The position numbers and the translations under genes were made by a program. Below are positions 50,762 through 61,574 of a stretch of DNA of 64,000 nucleotides, one piece after another; the first letter of the stretch is position 1; the number at the start of each line of letters is the position of its first letter. Source of the stretch: an uncultured virus (IMG/VR IMGVR_UViG_3300035515_000418) (Duplodnaviria; Heunggongvirae; Uroviricota; Caudoviricetes); the IMG/VR virus record IMGVR_UViG_3300035515_000418; one strand, written 5' to 3'. Under the pieces are notes generated by a model, which saw nothing but the letters and a program-made list of their open reading frames with translations, was not told the DNA's origin and searched no databases.

Positions 50762-53701
50762 ATGGATAACAATTCAAATAATAGGACACTTGAAGAACGA
50801 GAGAGAATCCTTGAGGAAAGAGAAAAATTACTTAAACTTAGAGAACAAAGGCTTAAAGATGAAGAAACTTTCAGTAGATATAATAGTTTAAGGCAGCAAA
50901 GAGAAATAGATGAACAAAATAAGAAATCAAGTACAAATACCTATAATGAACAGACACTATCTAGTAAATTAGAGGCAGAAACAAGGGCAAGGTTGCAAGA
51001 TTATGAGAGACAAAGTACAAATAGGGCTAGAGTTAATACAGGAACAGGTACAAGTACACCTGTAGGTACACGTAGTGTTAGAACAACTACAGGTACAAGT
51101 AATGGTAGCACTAATAGAGTAAATACATCAACTAGTAGAACAGAATTACCTGCTACTAGGGCAAGGACATATGAATCACAAGAGAGGTCAGCTGTAAGAA
51201 ACGCAGTTAACCAGTCAGAAAAAGAAAATGCAGATGAAAATGTGAATACACCTAATTCTAAGGGGAAGCATAAGAAAAAGAAACAAAAGAGCTTCATAGC
51301 AAAAGTATTGGACCATAAGAGTGAAACAAATACAGTATTATTTATATTTGAGTTCATAATGGCAATATTACTTGACATACTAAGAATATTAAAGAACATA
51401 ATACTTGGTGTATTAGTAATAGTGATAATCGCAGGAATAATAGGAGGTTTATTTGTATGGAGTAAGGTGGAACCATATTATACAGAGTATAAAGAGTTTG
51501 CTACAAATGCTGTAGAGAATAGCACAGTAGAAACTTTTAAAATAGATGAATCATCATACATATATGATAAAAATGGGAAATTGTTAGTAAAGCTTAAAGG
51601 AAATCAGGACTCAGCTTGGCTATCATATGAGGACATACCAACAGAGGCTATAGATGCCTTTGTAGCAGTTGAAGACAGAACATTCTGGGATAACATGGGA
51701 ATAGATTTGAAAGGCTTGGTAAGAGTTGGTATAGAAGCCATTAAAACAAAGGGTGATGAGGTTCATGGTGCCAGCACTATAACTCAGCAGTTAGCAAGAA
51801 ATGTATTTTTAAGTCATGAAGTTTCCATTGAAAGAAAAGCAAAAGAAATGTTAATATCTCTTGAGCTAACCAAGAAGTACACAAAAAGAGAGATAATGGA
51901 ATTTTATATCAACGATATATGTTTCGCTAATGCAATATATGGTTTAGAGGCGGCAGCTAATGGGTACTTTAATAAATCTGCAAGTGAGTTATCTTTAAGT
52001 CAAATATGCTACTTATGCGCCATACCAAACAGTCCAGAATATTATAACCCGTATAAATATCCTGAAAGAGCACTGGAAAGACGAGATAAGATACTGGGTG
52101 ATATGAAAGAGCTTGGTTTAATAAGCGATACAGAGTACAGAGAGGCAATAAATGAGAAAATAACAATAGAAAAACCAGAGTATGAATTTAATGATTACCA
52201 ATCGACATTTGCTATTGATTGTGCTACAAGATATATAATGGAACAGGATGGATTTGAGCTTAGATATACATTTACAGATTCAGCAGACTATAAGAATTAC
52301 AAGAAAGATTATGATGAGGCATATGCTGGAACAAAGGCAAGTATAATGTCTGGTGGGTATAAGATATATACAACACTTGACTCTGATATTCAAGAGGAAA
52401 TGCAATCAGTATTAGATGAACAGCTTGGATTTGATGAGGAAGTGACAGAGGATACTGGAATATATGCATTACAAGGTGCAATTACAGTAGTAGATAACAG
52501 TTCAGGTAAAGTAGTAGCACTTATAGGTGGAAGAAGTCAAGATAGTAATGAAAATGTGTATAGTTTGAACAGAGCATATCAAAGTACAAGACAGCCAGGA
52601 AGTACAATAAAGCCATTGGTAGTTTACACACCAGCATTGATGAATGGGTATACACCAAATACCACAGTATATAATATAGATGTTACTAAGGCAAAAGAGA
52701 AAGGTACAGATGTTCAATCACTAAGAGGAACTTCAATGACATTAAGAAGTGCACTTGAGCAGAGTAAAAATGGTGTGGCATGGCAGACATTTGATAAATT
52801 TGGAGCTAGTTACTGTTTAAGTTTCTTGAATAACATGAGATTTGCAAGTATATGCCCAGATGATTATTATGATAGTGCTTCACTTGGTGGTTTAACATAT
52901 GGCGTGACCACAGTTGAAATGGCAGGGGCTTATTCAACATTAGAGAATCATGGATATTATAGAGAGCCAACTTGTATAGATAAAATAATTAACAGTGACG
53001 GTGATGATATATACAGAGAGTCAGTTCAGAAATCAATATATGATGAGGCGGCGGCTGACACCATGGTGGATATGATGACAGGTGTATTAACTAAGGGTAC
53101 AGCAGCTAAATTGAATTGGTACAAGAGTACAAAAATGATAGCAGCTTGTAAAACAGGAACTACAAATGATAGTAAAGATGGTTGGTTGTGTGGATTTACC
53201 CCATATTACACAGTATCGGTTTGGGTAGGATATGATACACCAAGGACATTAAATAACTTGTATGGCGCTACATATCCAGGTCAAATTTGGAAAGAGGCTA
53301 TGCTAAAGCTTATTGAGGATAAAGAGGTCATTGAGGAATTTGAAAAGACAGATAACTATAATGAGCAGAGTAATAGAGTAATACATAGCGAGGACCTACC
53401 TGATACAGCTTATGATTTGTACTTACCTGGTAGAAGTGATGATGAAGAATTATCATCAGGATATACTGTCTATGATTATAGAAGCGACAGAGTAAAAGGT
53501 GAATCAATACCTGTGATAGTAAGTCAAATGTACAATTTAGACTCAACTAGTGCAGACTATATAAATCAGTTATACAGTTTATATCAGCAAGGAATAGCAG
53601 TAATAAATACAGTATACAGTCAAAAATATAAGCAAGAGCTAACAAATCAATTAAATACAGCCTATGGACAATGTACTGGTGCAACAAGTGCTGTACAATA
53701 A
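50762..53701 (+). CDS. Class A penicillin-binding protein (PBP1A-like transglycosylase/transpeptidase)
   Basis: EDRTF, GASTITQQL, RKAKE GT51 motifs; STIK, SKN, KTG transpeptidase motifs; long disordered N-terminus and TM. Confidence 0.95.
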   Translation: MDNNSNNRTLEERERILEEREKLLKLREQRLKDEETFSRYNSLRQQREIDEQNKKSSTNTYNEQTLSSKLEAETRARLQDYERQSTNRARVNTGTGTSTPVGTRSVRTTTGTSNGSTNRVNTSTSRTELPATRARTYESQERSAVRNAVNQSEKENADENVNTPNSKGKHKKKKQKSFIAKVLDHKSETNTVLFIFEFIMAILLDILRILKNIILGVLVIVIIAGIIGGLFVWSKVEPYYTEYKEFATNAVENSTVETFKIDESSYIYDKNGKLLVKLKGNQDSAWLSYEDIPTEAIDAFVAVEDRTFWDNMGIDLKGLVRVGIEAIKTKGDEVHGASTITQQLARNVFLSHEVSIERKAKEMLISLELTKKYTKREIMEFYINDICFANAIYGLEAAANGYFNKSASELSLSQICYLCAIPNSPEYYNPYKYPERALERRDKILGDMKELGLISDTEYREAINEKITIEKPEYEFNDYQSTFAIDCATRYIMEQDGFELRYTFTDSADYKNYKKDYDEAYAGTKASIMSGGYKIYTTLDSDIQEEMQSVLDEQLGFDEEVTEDTGIYALQGAITVVDNSSGKVVALIGGRSQDSNENVYSLNRAYQSTRQPGSTIKPLVVYTPALMNGYTPNTTVYNIDVTKAKEKGTDVQSLRGTSMTLRSALEQSKNGVAWQTFDKFGASYCLSFLNNMRFASICPDDYYDSASLGGLTYGVTTVEMAGAYSTLENHGYYREPTCIDKIINSDGDDIYRESVQKSIYDEAAADTMVDMMTGVLTKGTAAKLNWYKSTKMIAACKTGTTNDSKDGWLCGFTPYYTVSVWVGYDTPRTLNNLYGATYPGQIWKEAMLKLIEDKEVIEEFEKTDNYNEQSNRVIHSEDLPDTAYDLYLPGRSDDEELSSGYTVYDYRSDRVKGESIPVIVSQMYNLDSTSADYINQLYSLYQQGIAVINTVYSQKYKQELTNQLNTAYGQCTGATSAVQ

Positions 53702-53724
53702 TGAGAGTAAAATAACGTAAGGAA

Positions 53725-54171
53725 GTGATAAATATGTCAACAAAGATTTCATATAATGCCTTTGAATTGTCCACAAGAATACTTGATACAACTATATTAA
53801 GTGCAATGACACTAATAACTGAAATATACTTCTGTGCACTATTAAATTACTTCTTAAGAAGAAGTATAGCAATCATGATGATTATGATGGTAACAGCAGC
53901 TATTATAGTAGTCTACTTAATACTAATGACTCTAAAGACAGTATCAAAGTACAGTGGCATAGCAAATATAGTGATAGCAGTATTGCAGTCCATCAATATA
54001 ACAGGATATTGTGTAATATACTTGATAAGTCAATGTATATTATTTAGGATAAAAGCAATGGACATAATTCATATAATAGGAACATTGTTATTAACTTGCT
54101 TAGATTTGGTTATAATATGTAAGACATCCATAGATAGAAGTAAACGAAGCAAGATAGAGTATATACAGTAA
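53725..54171 (+). CDS. Four-TM membrane protein
   Basis: Highly hydrophobic 148 aa. Confidence 0.6.
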   Translation: MINMSTKISYNAFELSTRILDTTILSAMTLITEIYFCALLNYFLRRSIAIMMIMMVTAAIIVVYLILMTLKTVSKYSGIANIVIAVLQSINITGYCVIYLISQCILFRIKAMDIIHIIGTLLLTCLDLVIICKTSIDRSKRSKIEYIQ

Positions 54172-54182
54172 GAGTAATGAAT

Positions 54183-54230
54183 AAAAGAAAATGCTAATTT
54201 CAATTAAAAAGGAAGTTACCATTTTCTTTT
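54183..54230 (+). terminator. Terminator-like inverted repeat
   Basis: aaaagaaaatg / cattttctttt. Confidence 0.45.
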
Positions 54231-54319
54231 AACTAAAAGAAAAGTTCTTTAAATAAATCATTGAGGTTAGTTGAATAGGAATTTAAAATTTTATTTAGGA
54301 GAAGAAAAGAATAGAATAT

Positions 54320-55777
54320 ATGCAAGAAAAATACTTAGAGGAATATAGTAAAATAGAAAATAAGCAATTGACATATTATGATAGAGGAGGTCATCATGTA
54401 TTTAAGGGCATAAATGACCTTTGTAGTAGTAATCCAGACTTAGTATCTGAATGGGACTTCAAAAATAATACTGACAATAAAATACGAAGACCCTGGCAAT
54501 ATACAGCTAATAGTCACAAGAAAGTTTACTGGATTTGTAAATCATGTAGAAATAGTTGGCAAGCATCTATAGATTCAAGAAATAGGGGTAATGGGTGTCC
54601 AAAATGTGCAAGGCAAGCATCAATGCCAGAGCTTGTACTTAGTGAATTTTTTAAAGCTATAAATATACATTTTGAGGAACAGACACCAATTGAAAGTTAC
54701 AGGGTAGACTTTGTAATAGAGAACCATATAGCTTTAGAATATAATGGTATTGCTTTTCATAAAGAATTGATATCAGATAGGAAAAGTAAGAGTATAAGGG
54801 AATATGGAATAGATACAATCATAATAATAAATGAATGCATAGGGACATATGTTGATATTGAAAAGATAAACAATATAATAGTGATAAATCATGATATAAA
54901 ATCTAAAAATTCATCTCTAAATAACTTTGACATACTTTTATCAAATTTAAGCAAAGTATTAGATGATTTAGGGGTAAAGGTGACTAAGATCACTGATAAT
55001 GTGGATATAAAAGAGCTTGAAAAGAAAGCAATATTAAACAAAGGTATAGCACATAATAGTATAAATGAACTAGGGGATTATATTATGCAGGAATACTGTT
55101 ATGAAAGTAATCCAGACCCATTAACAGTTTCTAAAGGATCTAATAGTATAAAGATTAAATGGAAATGCAGAGATTGTGGATACATATATGAAGCTACACC
55201 ACTAAATAAAAAACGTGGTGACATGTGTCCAGTATGTTCAGGCAGAAGATTTGAGTCAGGATACAATGACTTATTGACAAAGTGTCCTGAAATAGCTACA
55301 GAGATTAAAAATGATAATCCTAGGCTTATAAGATATAACTCAGCTGAAAAAGTGACATGGCTGTGTAGAAATTGTGGTTGTGAATGGGAAAGCAGAGTAG
55401 TAGATAGAACAGTATTAGATATGGCGTGCAGAAATTGTGGCTACGTAAAGATGTATAGGGATACACATAGAGAGTACAAATTTAAGGATATTAGCACTAA
55501 ATATGAAGTGCAATACTTTAAGTATAGAGATAGGGTAATTAATGAGGTATATGATGAAAAAGAGCTGCTCATACATATTATAAATAGTATACAGTCAGAA
55601 TACTTAGACATACTATTATGTAATGAATATTTGATTACTGATGATTCTGGACAGCCAGTGATAAATTATAAGTTTCTGGCTAGTAGATATAAGGCAAAAC
55701 AAAAAATATATAAACTATTTGAATTACTAGGTTACAATGTGAATGATATTCTAGTGAAACCAGTTGAGATTATATAG
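54320..55777 (+). CDS. Zinc-ribbon repeat (DUF4379-like) protein with a PD-(D/E)xK/Vsr-like nuclease domain
   Basis: Three W.C..C...W/Y.....R....C..C units; SMPE...YRVDF......LEYNG..FH. Confidence 0.7.
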   Translation: MQEKYLEEYSKIENKQLTYYDRGGHHVFKGINDLCSSNPDLVSEWDFKNNTDNKIRRPWQYTANSHKKVYWICKSCRNSWQASIDSRNRGNGCPKCARQASMPELVLSEFFKAINIHFEEQTPIESYRVDFVIENHIALEYNGIAFHKELISDRKSKSIREYGIDTIIIINECIGTYVDIEKINNIIVINHDIKSKNSSLNNFDILLSNLSKVLDDLGVKVTKITDNVDIKELEKKAILNKGIAHNSINELGDYIMQEYCYESNPDPLTVSKGSNSIKIKWKCRDCGYIYEATPLNKKRGDMCPVCSGRRFESGYNDLLTKCPEIATEIKNDNPRLIRYNSAEKVTWLCRNCGCEWESRVVDRTVLDMACRNCGYVKMYRDTHREYKFKDISTKYEVQYFKYRDRVINEVYDEKELLIHIINSIQSEYLDILLCNEYLITDDSGQPVINYKFLASRYKAKQKIYKLFELLGYNVNDILVKPVEII

Positions 55778-55791
55778 GAAGGTGAATAAAG

Positions 55792-56700
55792 ATGCCAATA
55801 GCAAAGAAAGAGGATTTACCAAATAATTTACAAGACATATGGGATAGAATGATAATGCCAGTGGATACAAACATAAGCTTTGATCAGGTAATATTGAGTC
55901 CAGAAAATAAAGAGAAATATAGGCAGTTTATAAAAGAGCAGGAATATAGAGATAAATTGTACTCATATGGTTTGGAACCAGCTAACAGATTACTTTTATA
56001 CGGCGCTTCTGGAACGGGAAAGACCTTTAGCTTAAAGGCTCTAAGCAACCTTCTTCAATATACAATGGTATATGTTGATATAGCACAATCACTCACTGAT
56101 AATACAGTATCAAAGAATATTTCAGATATATTTAAACTTGGAAACTATATAGCAGATAATTATGATGGTTGTATCATATTTTTCGATGAAGTTGACAGTA
56201 TCGTGTGGAATAGAGATGCTTCGAGTGGTGAGGGAGGTGTTGCAAGAAGGGCAACAAATGCAGTATTTCAAGGACTTGACCAAATGTCTCACAAGGCTAT
56301 ATTTGCAAGTGCTACTAATCTATTGCACAGAATAGACCCCGCCTTTGAAAGACGATTTAATATGAAAATGATGTTTAAGCGACCAGATATGGATATGGAC
56401 GAGTGTATAAGGCATTTTATCTTCCCAAAGTTTATAATAGATGATGATGTAGATGATACTACACGAGAGATAGTAAAGAGGCGTGCAAAAGCTAATGCCA
56501 AGCTTAGTTATTATGAGATAGAAGAACTTGTAAAAAGAGCTATGAAAAATGCTGTGCTGAATGATACAAATATAGTAAGCACAGCTGAAATATATAAGGA
56601 CCTTGCAACCAATATGAATTTCAAGATAAAAGTGGGGACAGGAACAGATAATCCAGAAATATTTCAGAACAATTTGAGCTATGAGCCACACTATAATTAA
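55792..56700 (+). CDS. AAA+ ATPase
   Basis: LLYGASGTGKT, IFFDEVD, ATN, IDPAFERRF. Confidence 0.9.
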   Translation: MPIAKKEDLPNNLQDIWDRMIMPVDTNISFDQVILSPENKEKYRQFIKEQEYRDKLYSYGLEPANRLLLYGASGTGKTFSLKALSNLLQYTMVYVDIAQSLTDNTVSKNISDIFKLGNYIADNYDGCIIFFDEVDSIVWNRDASSGEGGVARRATNAVFQGLDQMSHKAIFASATNLLHRIDPAFERRFNMKMMFKRPDMDMDECIRHFIFPKFIIDDDVDDTTREIVKRRAKANAKLSYYEIEELVKRAMKNAVLNDTNIVSTAEIYKDLATNMNFKIKVGTGTDNPEIFQNNLSYEPHYN

Positions 56701-56737
56701 GAGTTCAAAAATATTTTAAATGATAAAGGTCATTGAT

Positions 56738-56766
56738 TTGACATTGTCTAGAATATATGTTATAAT
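56738..56766 (+). promoter_or_regulatory. Sigma-A promoter, extended -10
   Basis: TTGACA, 17-nt spacer ending in TGn, then TATAAT. Confidence 0.85.
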
Positions 56767-56812
56767 ATATTTATGAATTTTAATTAAAGAGAATAGTTAG
56801 GAGAGATACATT

Positions 56813-57454
56813 ATGAGTAGCATTATGCAAGACCAAATGACAGAGCAGGATATTATGGCAGCAATTATAAGAGCACAGATGCAAGGTGAAGTAACACCAT
56901 CTGCTGAAGAAATGTACACATTGTTCAATGATGATACATCTAAAAAGAAAACTAAGAGTAGCAGTGGTACAAAAAAGACAAGACAGGCTACAGCTAAGCA
57001 GGAAGAAAAGCTAGTAGTAAGGCAGAGAATGGAAAAGGCGAATTGCTATAGAAATTTACCCTATACATTTCCAGTGAGAGTAGTGTTCAATAACCATGAT
57101 ATAAAGTACAAAGAGCAAAGATGGAAAATACATGAGAGACAGGTAGTATACAACATAGAGCTTGTGGATAATGCTAAGATAGCTAGAGATATATCACTAA
57201 AGTTTGATGGTGGTTCAGAGAAGGCTGCTGAGAGAGCTTATAAAGGTGAAACAAGATACTATAAGATAGTAACCTATGAATCAGTACCAAATGGTTGGGA
57301 AGTAATTGGATATGTGAAAGTATCATTCAATAGTAAAGAGAATAGATTGGTGACAAGGACAAAGCTATTTGATAGTATATTGAAACAGGCTAATTGTGAT
57401 ACAGAGCAGGCAAAGAAAGTAATAGTAAGCACAGTAAAAGAGAACATAGGTTAA
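56813..57454 (+). CDS. Hypothetical protein
   Basis: AGGAG RBS, 213 aa. Confidence 0.65.
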   Translation: MSSIMQDQMTEQDIMAAIIRAQMQGEVTPSAEEMYTLFNDDTSKKKTKSSSGTKKTRQATAKQEEKLVVRQRMEKANCYRNLPYTFPVRVVFNNHDIKYKEQRWKIHERQVVYNIELVDNAKIARDISLKFDGGSEKAAERAYKGETRYYKIVTYESVPNGWEVIGYVKVSFNSKENRLVTRTKLFDSILKQANCDTEQAKKVIVSTVKENIG

Positions 57455-57481
57455 GAAAATTAAATCAAGAGGTTATACATA

Positions 57482-58393
57482 ATGGAAACTAATAGGTCAC
57501 CTTTTGGAACAAAGTTAATGACTATATTAATAATATTAGTAATACTTACAGCCTTGTTGTTTGTAAAGGGGTACATCAGTGGTTTTAACACAGCTTCTGG
57601 TGAAACCTCTAGTAAGGCGGTACAAGATTTTAATTCAATAGCAAATGTACAGAATAGATATAACTTGATACTTCCTGATTTTGTGACTAGCTATACAAAT
57701 GAAAATGATGACTTGAATATAGAAGTTACAATGAATCAGATTATAGAGATATACACTGATGAATTTGTAGTAAAAGTAATGCCATTTGTAAATAACAATG
57801 CAGACCCTTTGGGGTTATATGAGAGTGACTCAAATACAGTTGATTTAATGTATTTAGTTAAGAGTGACAGCAATGAGAACAGTATAAATTTTGTAAGATA
57901 CAGGACAGGAATACCAAGTTATGAGCATTGTACAGCAATTAATTATTGTACAGAGTCAATGGCATATGGCATATTAATAGGAAACATTATAAGTGAACAA
58001 GAGGTATTTGATTTAATTAATATAGACAAAGACAATTTAGAACAGACAGACAAGATAAGTAATGACGGAATAGTTGAAAGTGAAACAGACACAGATACAG
58101 AGAATAGCATAATAAAAGTAAATAATACAGAAATAAGTTTACCAGTTACAAAGTCAAAAATTGAGAGAGTTGACCTTGACGGTGTAACATCATTATTTAT
58201 AGATGATACAATGATTATAAGTATAGTGTACAACGATTATGATATAAAGAACAATACATATGGTGGACAATCAGAGATAACAATAGATACAAATATGAAA
58301 ATATATTACATGAGTGATAATCCATTTGAAATAGGTACATATGCATATAACGATTATAATAACATAAAAGAATACTTGGATAGTTTTAATTAA
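57482..58393 (+). CDS. Membrane-anchored or secreted hypothetical protein
   Basis: N-terminal TM, acidic ectodomain. Confidence 0.6.
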   Translation: METNRSPFGTKLMTILIILVILTALLFVKGYISGFNTASGETSSKAVQDFNSIANVQNRYNLILPDFVTSYTNENDDLNIEVTMNQIIEIYTDEFVVKVMPFVNNNADPLGLYESDSNTVDLMYLVKSDSNENSINFVRYRTGIPSYEHCTAINYCTESMAYGILIGNIISEQEVFDLINIDKDNLEQTDKISNDGIVESETDTDTENSIIKVNNTEISLPVTKSKIERVDLDGVTSLFIDDTMIISIVYNDYDIKNNTYGGQSEITIDTNMKIYYMSDNPFEIGTYAYNDYNNIKEYLDSFN

Positions 58394-58410
58394 ATTGAGA
58401 GGATATATAA

Positions 58411-59583
58411 ATGAAAGCTGAAATCAAAGACCTTGTAAGGGTAGTTTATGATAGTATAGTTGAGGAAAAAGAAAATTGCATGATATGTAAGTCAGGTGAC
58501 CAAAAAGTTTTACTGAATGACTCTGGTAACGAGGTAATGAGAATAAGGAGTACAGATAGGTTAATTGATATAGACTCAAATAACATAATAGGTGTAGAAT
58601 TGCACTATGAGGAAGAAATAATACTGATAAACATGCTTAATAAAGTGCAATGCAAGTTAAAAATACCAAGTAGAGTAAGACATTTTCATGTTATAAGTAT
58701 TAAAGATAAAGTAATATTTGTAGTATTTGACGATGCAGGTTTAGTAATACTAAATTCTAGGTTTGATATAATAGGTGAACTTACAAATGATCTTGCACTA
58801 GCTGGATATAATGTGAGACATTATAAATTAACTAATAACATATATAATATATATGTACACTCATATTTATATGCAATATCATCAGATTATGGCAATTATG
58901 AAATAAAAGTTGACATAGACAAGGAAAGTGTACTTTATTATAACAGAAAGGACATACTAAATTCAGATTATGCGGCAGTAGCTACAGAGCAGGATGAATA
59001 TTCAAAATATCTTAAGTATAGATTAGAAATACATGGTAGAGTAATCAATTCAAAATATGGCTATCATAGAATAGAAAAACCAATGCAGTTGAAAAATACA
59101 GATATGTTTCAAGTCTATGATATACAAGATAATACCAAGGGTAAGTTTCTGACAGGCATTATAGATGAACAAGGAACAGAAATAATAAAACCAGTGTACA
59201 GAGATATAGAGTTCATTGGCAAGGACGTGTTTTTACTAAAGAGAATTGACCATAATGAGAATAGTAAATACTCAGTATACAGTAGGGAAAAAGGTGTAAT
59301 ACTAAATGAAAATGATGTACAAAATGCAGTTATACACCCGTCTTTACCAATGGCTATGATGTGGCTTAACAATGGAACATTCCACTTAGTAAATAAAAGT
59401 GGTGAAATATTCGGAACAGACCAGTTGAATAAGAAATTTAAGTGTAGTTATAATAGTGAGTACAATGATATAATAAAGGTTGACCTAGGATATAAGACTG
59501 TATACATAACAAATAGATTGGTACCTGTGACTAAGTGTGATATTATAGAAAAGTTAAATAGTAATACTTGGATAAAAATGTAA
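58411..59583 (+). CDS. Hypothetical beta-rich protein (WG-repeat-like segment)
   Basis: GIIDEQGTEIIKPVYRDI segment. Confidence 0.55.
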   Translation: MKAEIKDLVRVVYDSIVEEKENCMICKSGDQKVLLNDSGNEVMRIRSTDRLIDIDSNNIIGVELHYEEEIILINMLNKVQCKLKIPSRVRHFHVISIKDKVIFVVFDDAGLVILNSRFDIIGELTNDLALAGYNVRHYKLTNNIYNIYVHSYLYAISSDYGNYEIKVDIDKESVLYYNRKDILNSDYAAVATEQDEYSKYLKYRLEIHGRVINSKYGYHRIEKPMQLKNTDMFQVYDIQDNTKGKFLTGIIDEQGTEIIKPVYRDIEFIGKDVFLLKRIDHNENSKYSVYSREKGVILNENDVQNAVIHPSLPMAMMWLNNGTFHLVNKSGEIFGTDQLNKKFKCSYNSEYNDIIKVDLGYKTVYITNRLVPVTKCDIIEKLNSNTWIKM

Positions 59584-59780
59584 ATAACTTGAAAAATATA
59601 AAAATATACAGTTTTAAAAGAAGTAAGAAGAATTTTTGACATGTTGTTATAAATGAGAACCTGTTGTTAAATAATAGATATACAGCATAATCTCAAAGAT
59701 GTCTTTGAAAGATACATTGTAATTAAAAGTGGGTATATTTATTAAATGAAATAGCCAATAACTTTAATAGGAGATTAACA

Positions 59781-60209
59781 ATGAGAACAATTAAAGAACA
59801 GCTAAGAGAACAATTATTACATGTATACTTAAGACAGATTGAACAGATTAACAACAATAAGCAAGCAGAAGGGGGACTGTACATGATAATAGCACAGGAA
59901 CTTGTAGATGAAAGATTGAACAATGCAAACATAGTAGTAGACAATGAGATAAGGGTAGAAGTTATGGACTTAATTGAGGATAAGAATACAGTTGAAGAAA
60001 ACGGAGCTTGGATTTATTCAGATGGTACAGTGGATAAATGGGAGTTTAGAAGATGTAATACAATAGCTGAGGCTGTTCGGGCAGCTATACATATGATAAA
60101 TGCAAAGGTGCTTTGCAATGGTGAAGAAATAGTATATGACAGTTTGAATGAGAATACTGCATATTACATAGATAAAAGAACAAATGAGGCTAAAATGGTT
60201 GCAATTTAA
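59781..60209 (+). CDS. Hypothetical protein
   Basis: AGGAG RBS, 142 aa. Confidence 0.6.
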   Translation: MRTIKEQLREQLLHVYLRQIEQINNNKQAEGGLYMIIAQELVDERLNNANIVVDNEIRVEVMDLIEDKNTVEENGAWIYSDGTVDKWEFRRCNTIAEAVRAAIHMINAKVLCNGEEIVYDSLNENTAYYIDKRTNEAKMVAI

Positions 60210-60220
60210 AGTTAGAGGAA

Positions 60221-60631
60221 ATGCATATGTCAGCATGTAAAGAAAATGATAAAGCAGTAACAATTAAAAATGATAAAGTGTACAGTAGTTATTATGCTAG
60301 AGCGTGCAAAATATTTCCTGACTGGCGTCTTGTAGGCATAAGTAGAAAAATACCAGACAATTTCAATGGTGAAATACTCAAAGAATTGGCACCATCAAGT
60401 AGCCTGTTATACAATTATAAAAATGATAGTATTTCTGATAAAGAATACTGTGAGACATATAAATTAGAAACCTTAGACATGTTAAATCCAGTGGAAGTCT
60501 ATGAAAAATTAAAGGGAAAAGTGATACTGTGTTATTGTGGCAGTGAAAGTTTTTGCCACAGACATTTAGTAATAAATTGGTTGAGAGAGAATTTAGATGA
60601 TAACATAATTGGTGGTGAGATAGAAAAGTGA
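60221..60631 (+). CDS. DUF488-like phage protein
   Basis: SSYY...ISR..P...ELAPS..LL...LCY......CHRHLV. Confidence 0.7.
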   Translation: MHMSACKENDKAVTIKNDKVYSSYYARACKIFPDWRLVGISRKIPDNFNGEILKELAPSSSLLYNYKNDSISDKEYCETYKLETLDMLNPVEVYEKLKGKVILCYCGSESFCHRHLVINWLRENLDDNIIGGEIEK

Positions 60632-60653
60632 GTTTAGAAAGGAATGACATAAG

Positions 60654-61316
60654 TTGAAATTTAAACAACACTTAAGAGTAGGCAGATATATATTGGACAA
60701 TCTGCATAGCAATAAGATAATAGAGGATAATATAAATGGCGTAGAGATAAATAAAATAGTATTTCTATTTGGAAATGTAGCACCTGATTTGAATTGTGTT
60801 TATCCAGCACATAGATTAAAGACTACAGAGCATAGGTTTTATAACAGACTAATGATAGCTGACAGAACAGACTCAAAATTGATAAAATCATTTACATTAG
60901 GTATAATTACTCATTATATATGTGATTATTTCTGTTATGCACATAACATAGAATCATTAGGTGTAAAGCATAAATCATATGAAACAAATTTATATGAATA
61001 TTATAATAAGCACCTAGCAGAAATAGAGAAAGATAAAACAGATTTAGTTAAGATGTGGCATAATGTAGTAGTCAAGAGTCATGATGATAATATTGAAAAT
61101 GATGAATTAACCAATGAAACACATTGCAAGATGATAATTGATACAATTAAATTGATGAATGAGTCATATATGAAAAATACAGGTGACAAGAAAGATAAAG
61201 ATAAAGATTGGTTTGAAAGAAAGAGCCAGATGAAAATAGATTTAGAATATGCTCAGTTTGTAATAGAGCAGGTAATATACTTATTGACAGAGCCAGAGAG
61301 ATGTTTAGAGATTTAA
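60654..61316 (+). CDS. Zinc-dependent phospholipase C-like protein
   Basis: N-terminal H, GNVAPD, LGIITHYICDYFCYAH, H..YE zinc ligands. Confidence 0.8.
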   Translation: MKFKQHLRVGRYILDNLHSNKIIEDNINGVEINKIVFLFGNVAPDLNCVYPAHRLKTTEHRFYNRLMIADRTDSKLIKSFTLGIITHYICDYFCYAHNIESLGVKHKSYETNLYEYYNKHLAEIEKDKTDLVKMWHNVVVKSHDDNIENDELTNETHCKMIIDTIKLMNESYMKNTGDKKDKDKDWFERKSQMKIDLEYAQFVIEQVIYLLTEPERCLEI

Positions 61317-61339
61317 GAATTATACAGGAGGGAAATATT

Positions 61340-61555
61340 ATGGTACAGATAGGTATGGAAGTGTACATTCATAACGAATTAGGACAGAAGGCAAAAGTAG
61401 GTGACAAGGTATATCTTGAGCTCATGGTTCAAGGTTGGATAGACAAAGATAGACCATATACGATAACAGAAATAAGACCTGATGGAACAGTTGTGCTTAA
61501 TGATTGTATTTGTCAACATTCAATGGGCATAGTAAATTTCAAGAAAGTAAAGTAA
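61340..61555 (+). CDS. Small hypothetical protein
   Basis: AGGAGG RBS before ATG 61340. Confidence 0.55.
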   Translation: MVQIGMEVYIHNELGQKAKVGDKVYLELMVQGWIDKDRPYTITEIRPDGTVVLNDCICQHSMGIVNFKKVK

Positions 61556-61574
61556 AAATCATTAGAGCATAAGA

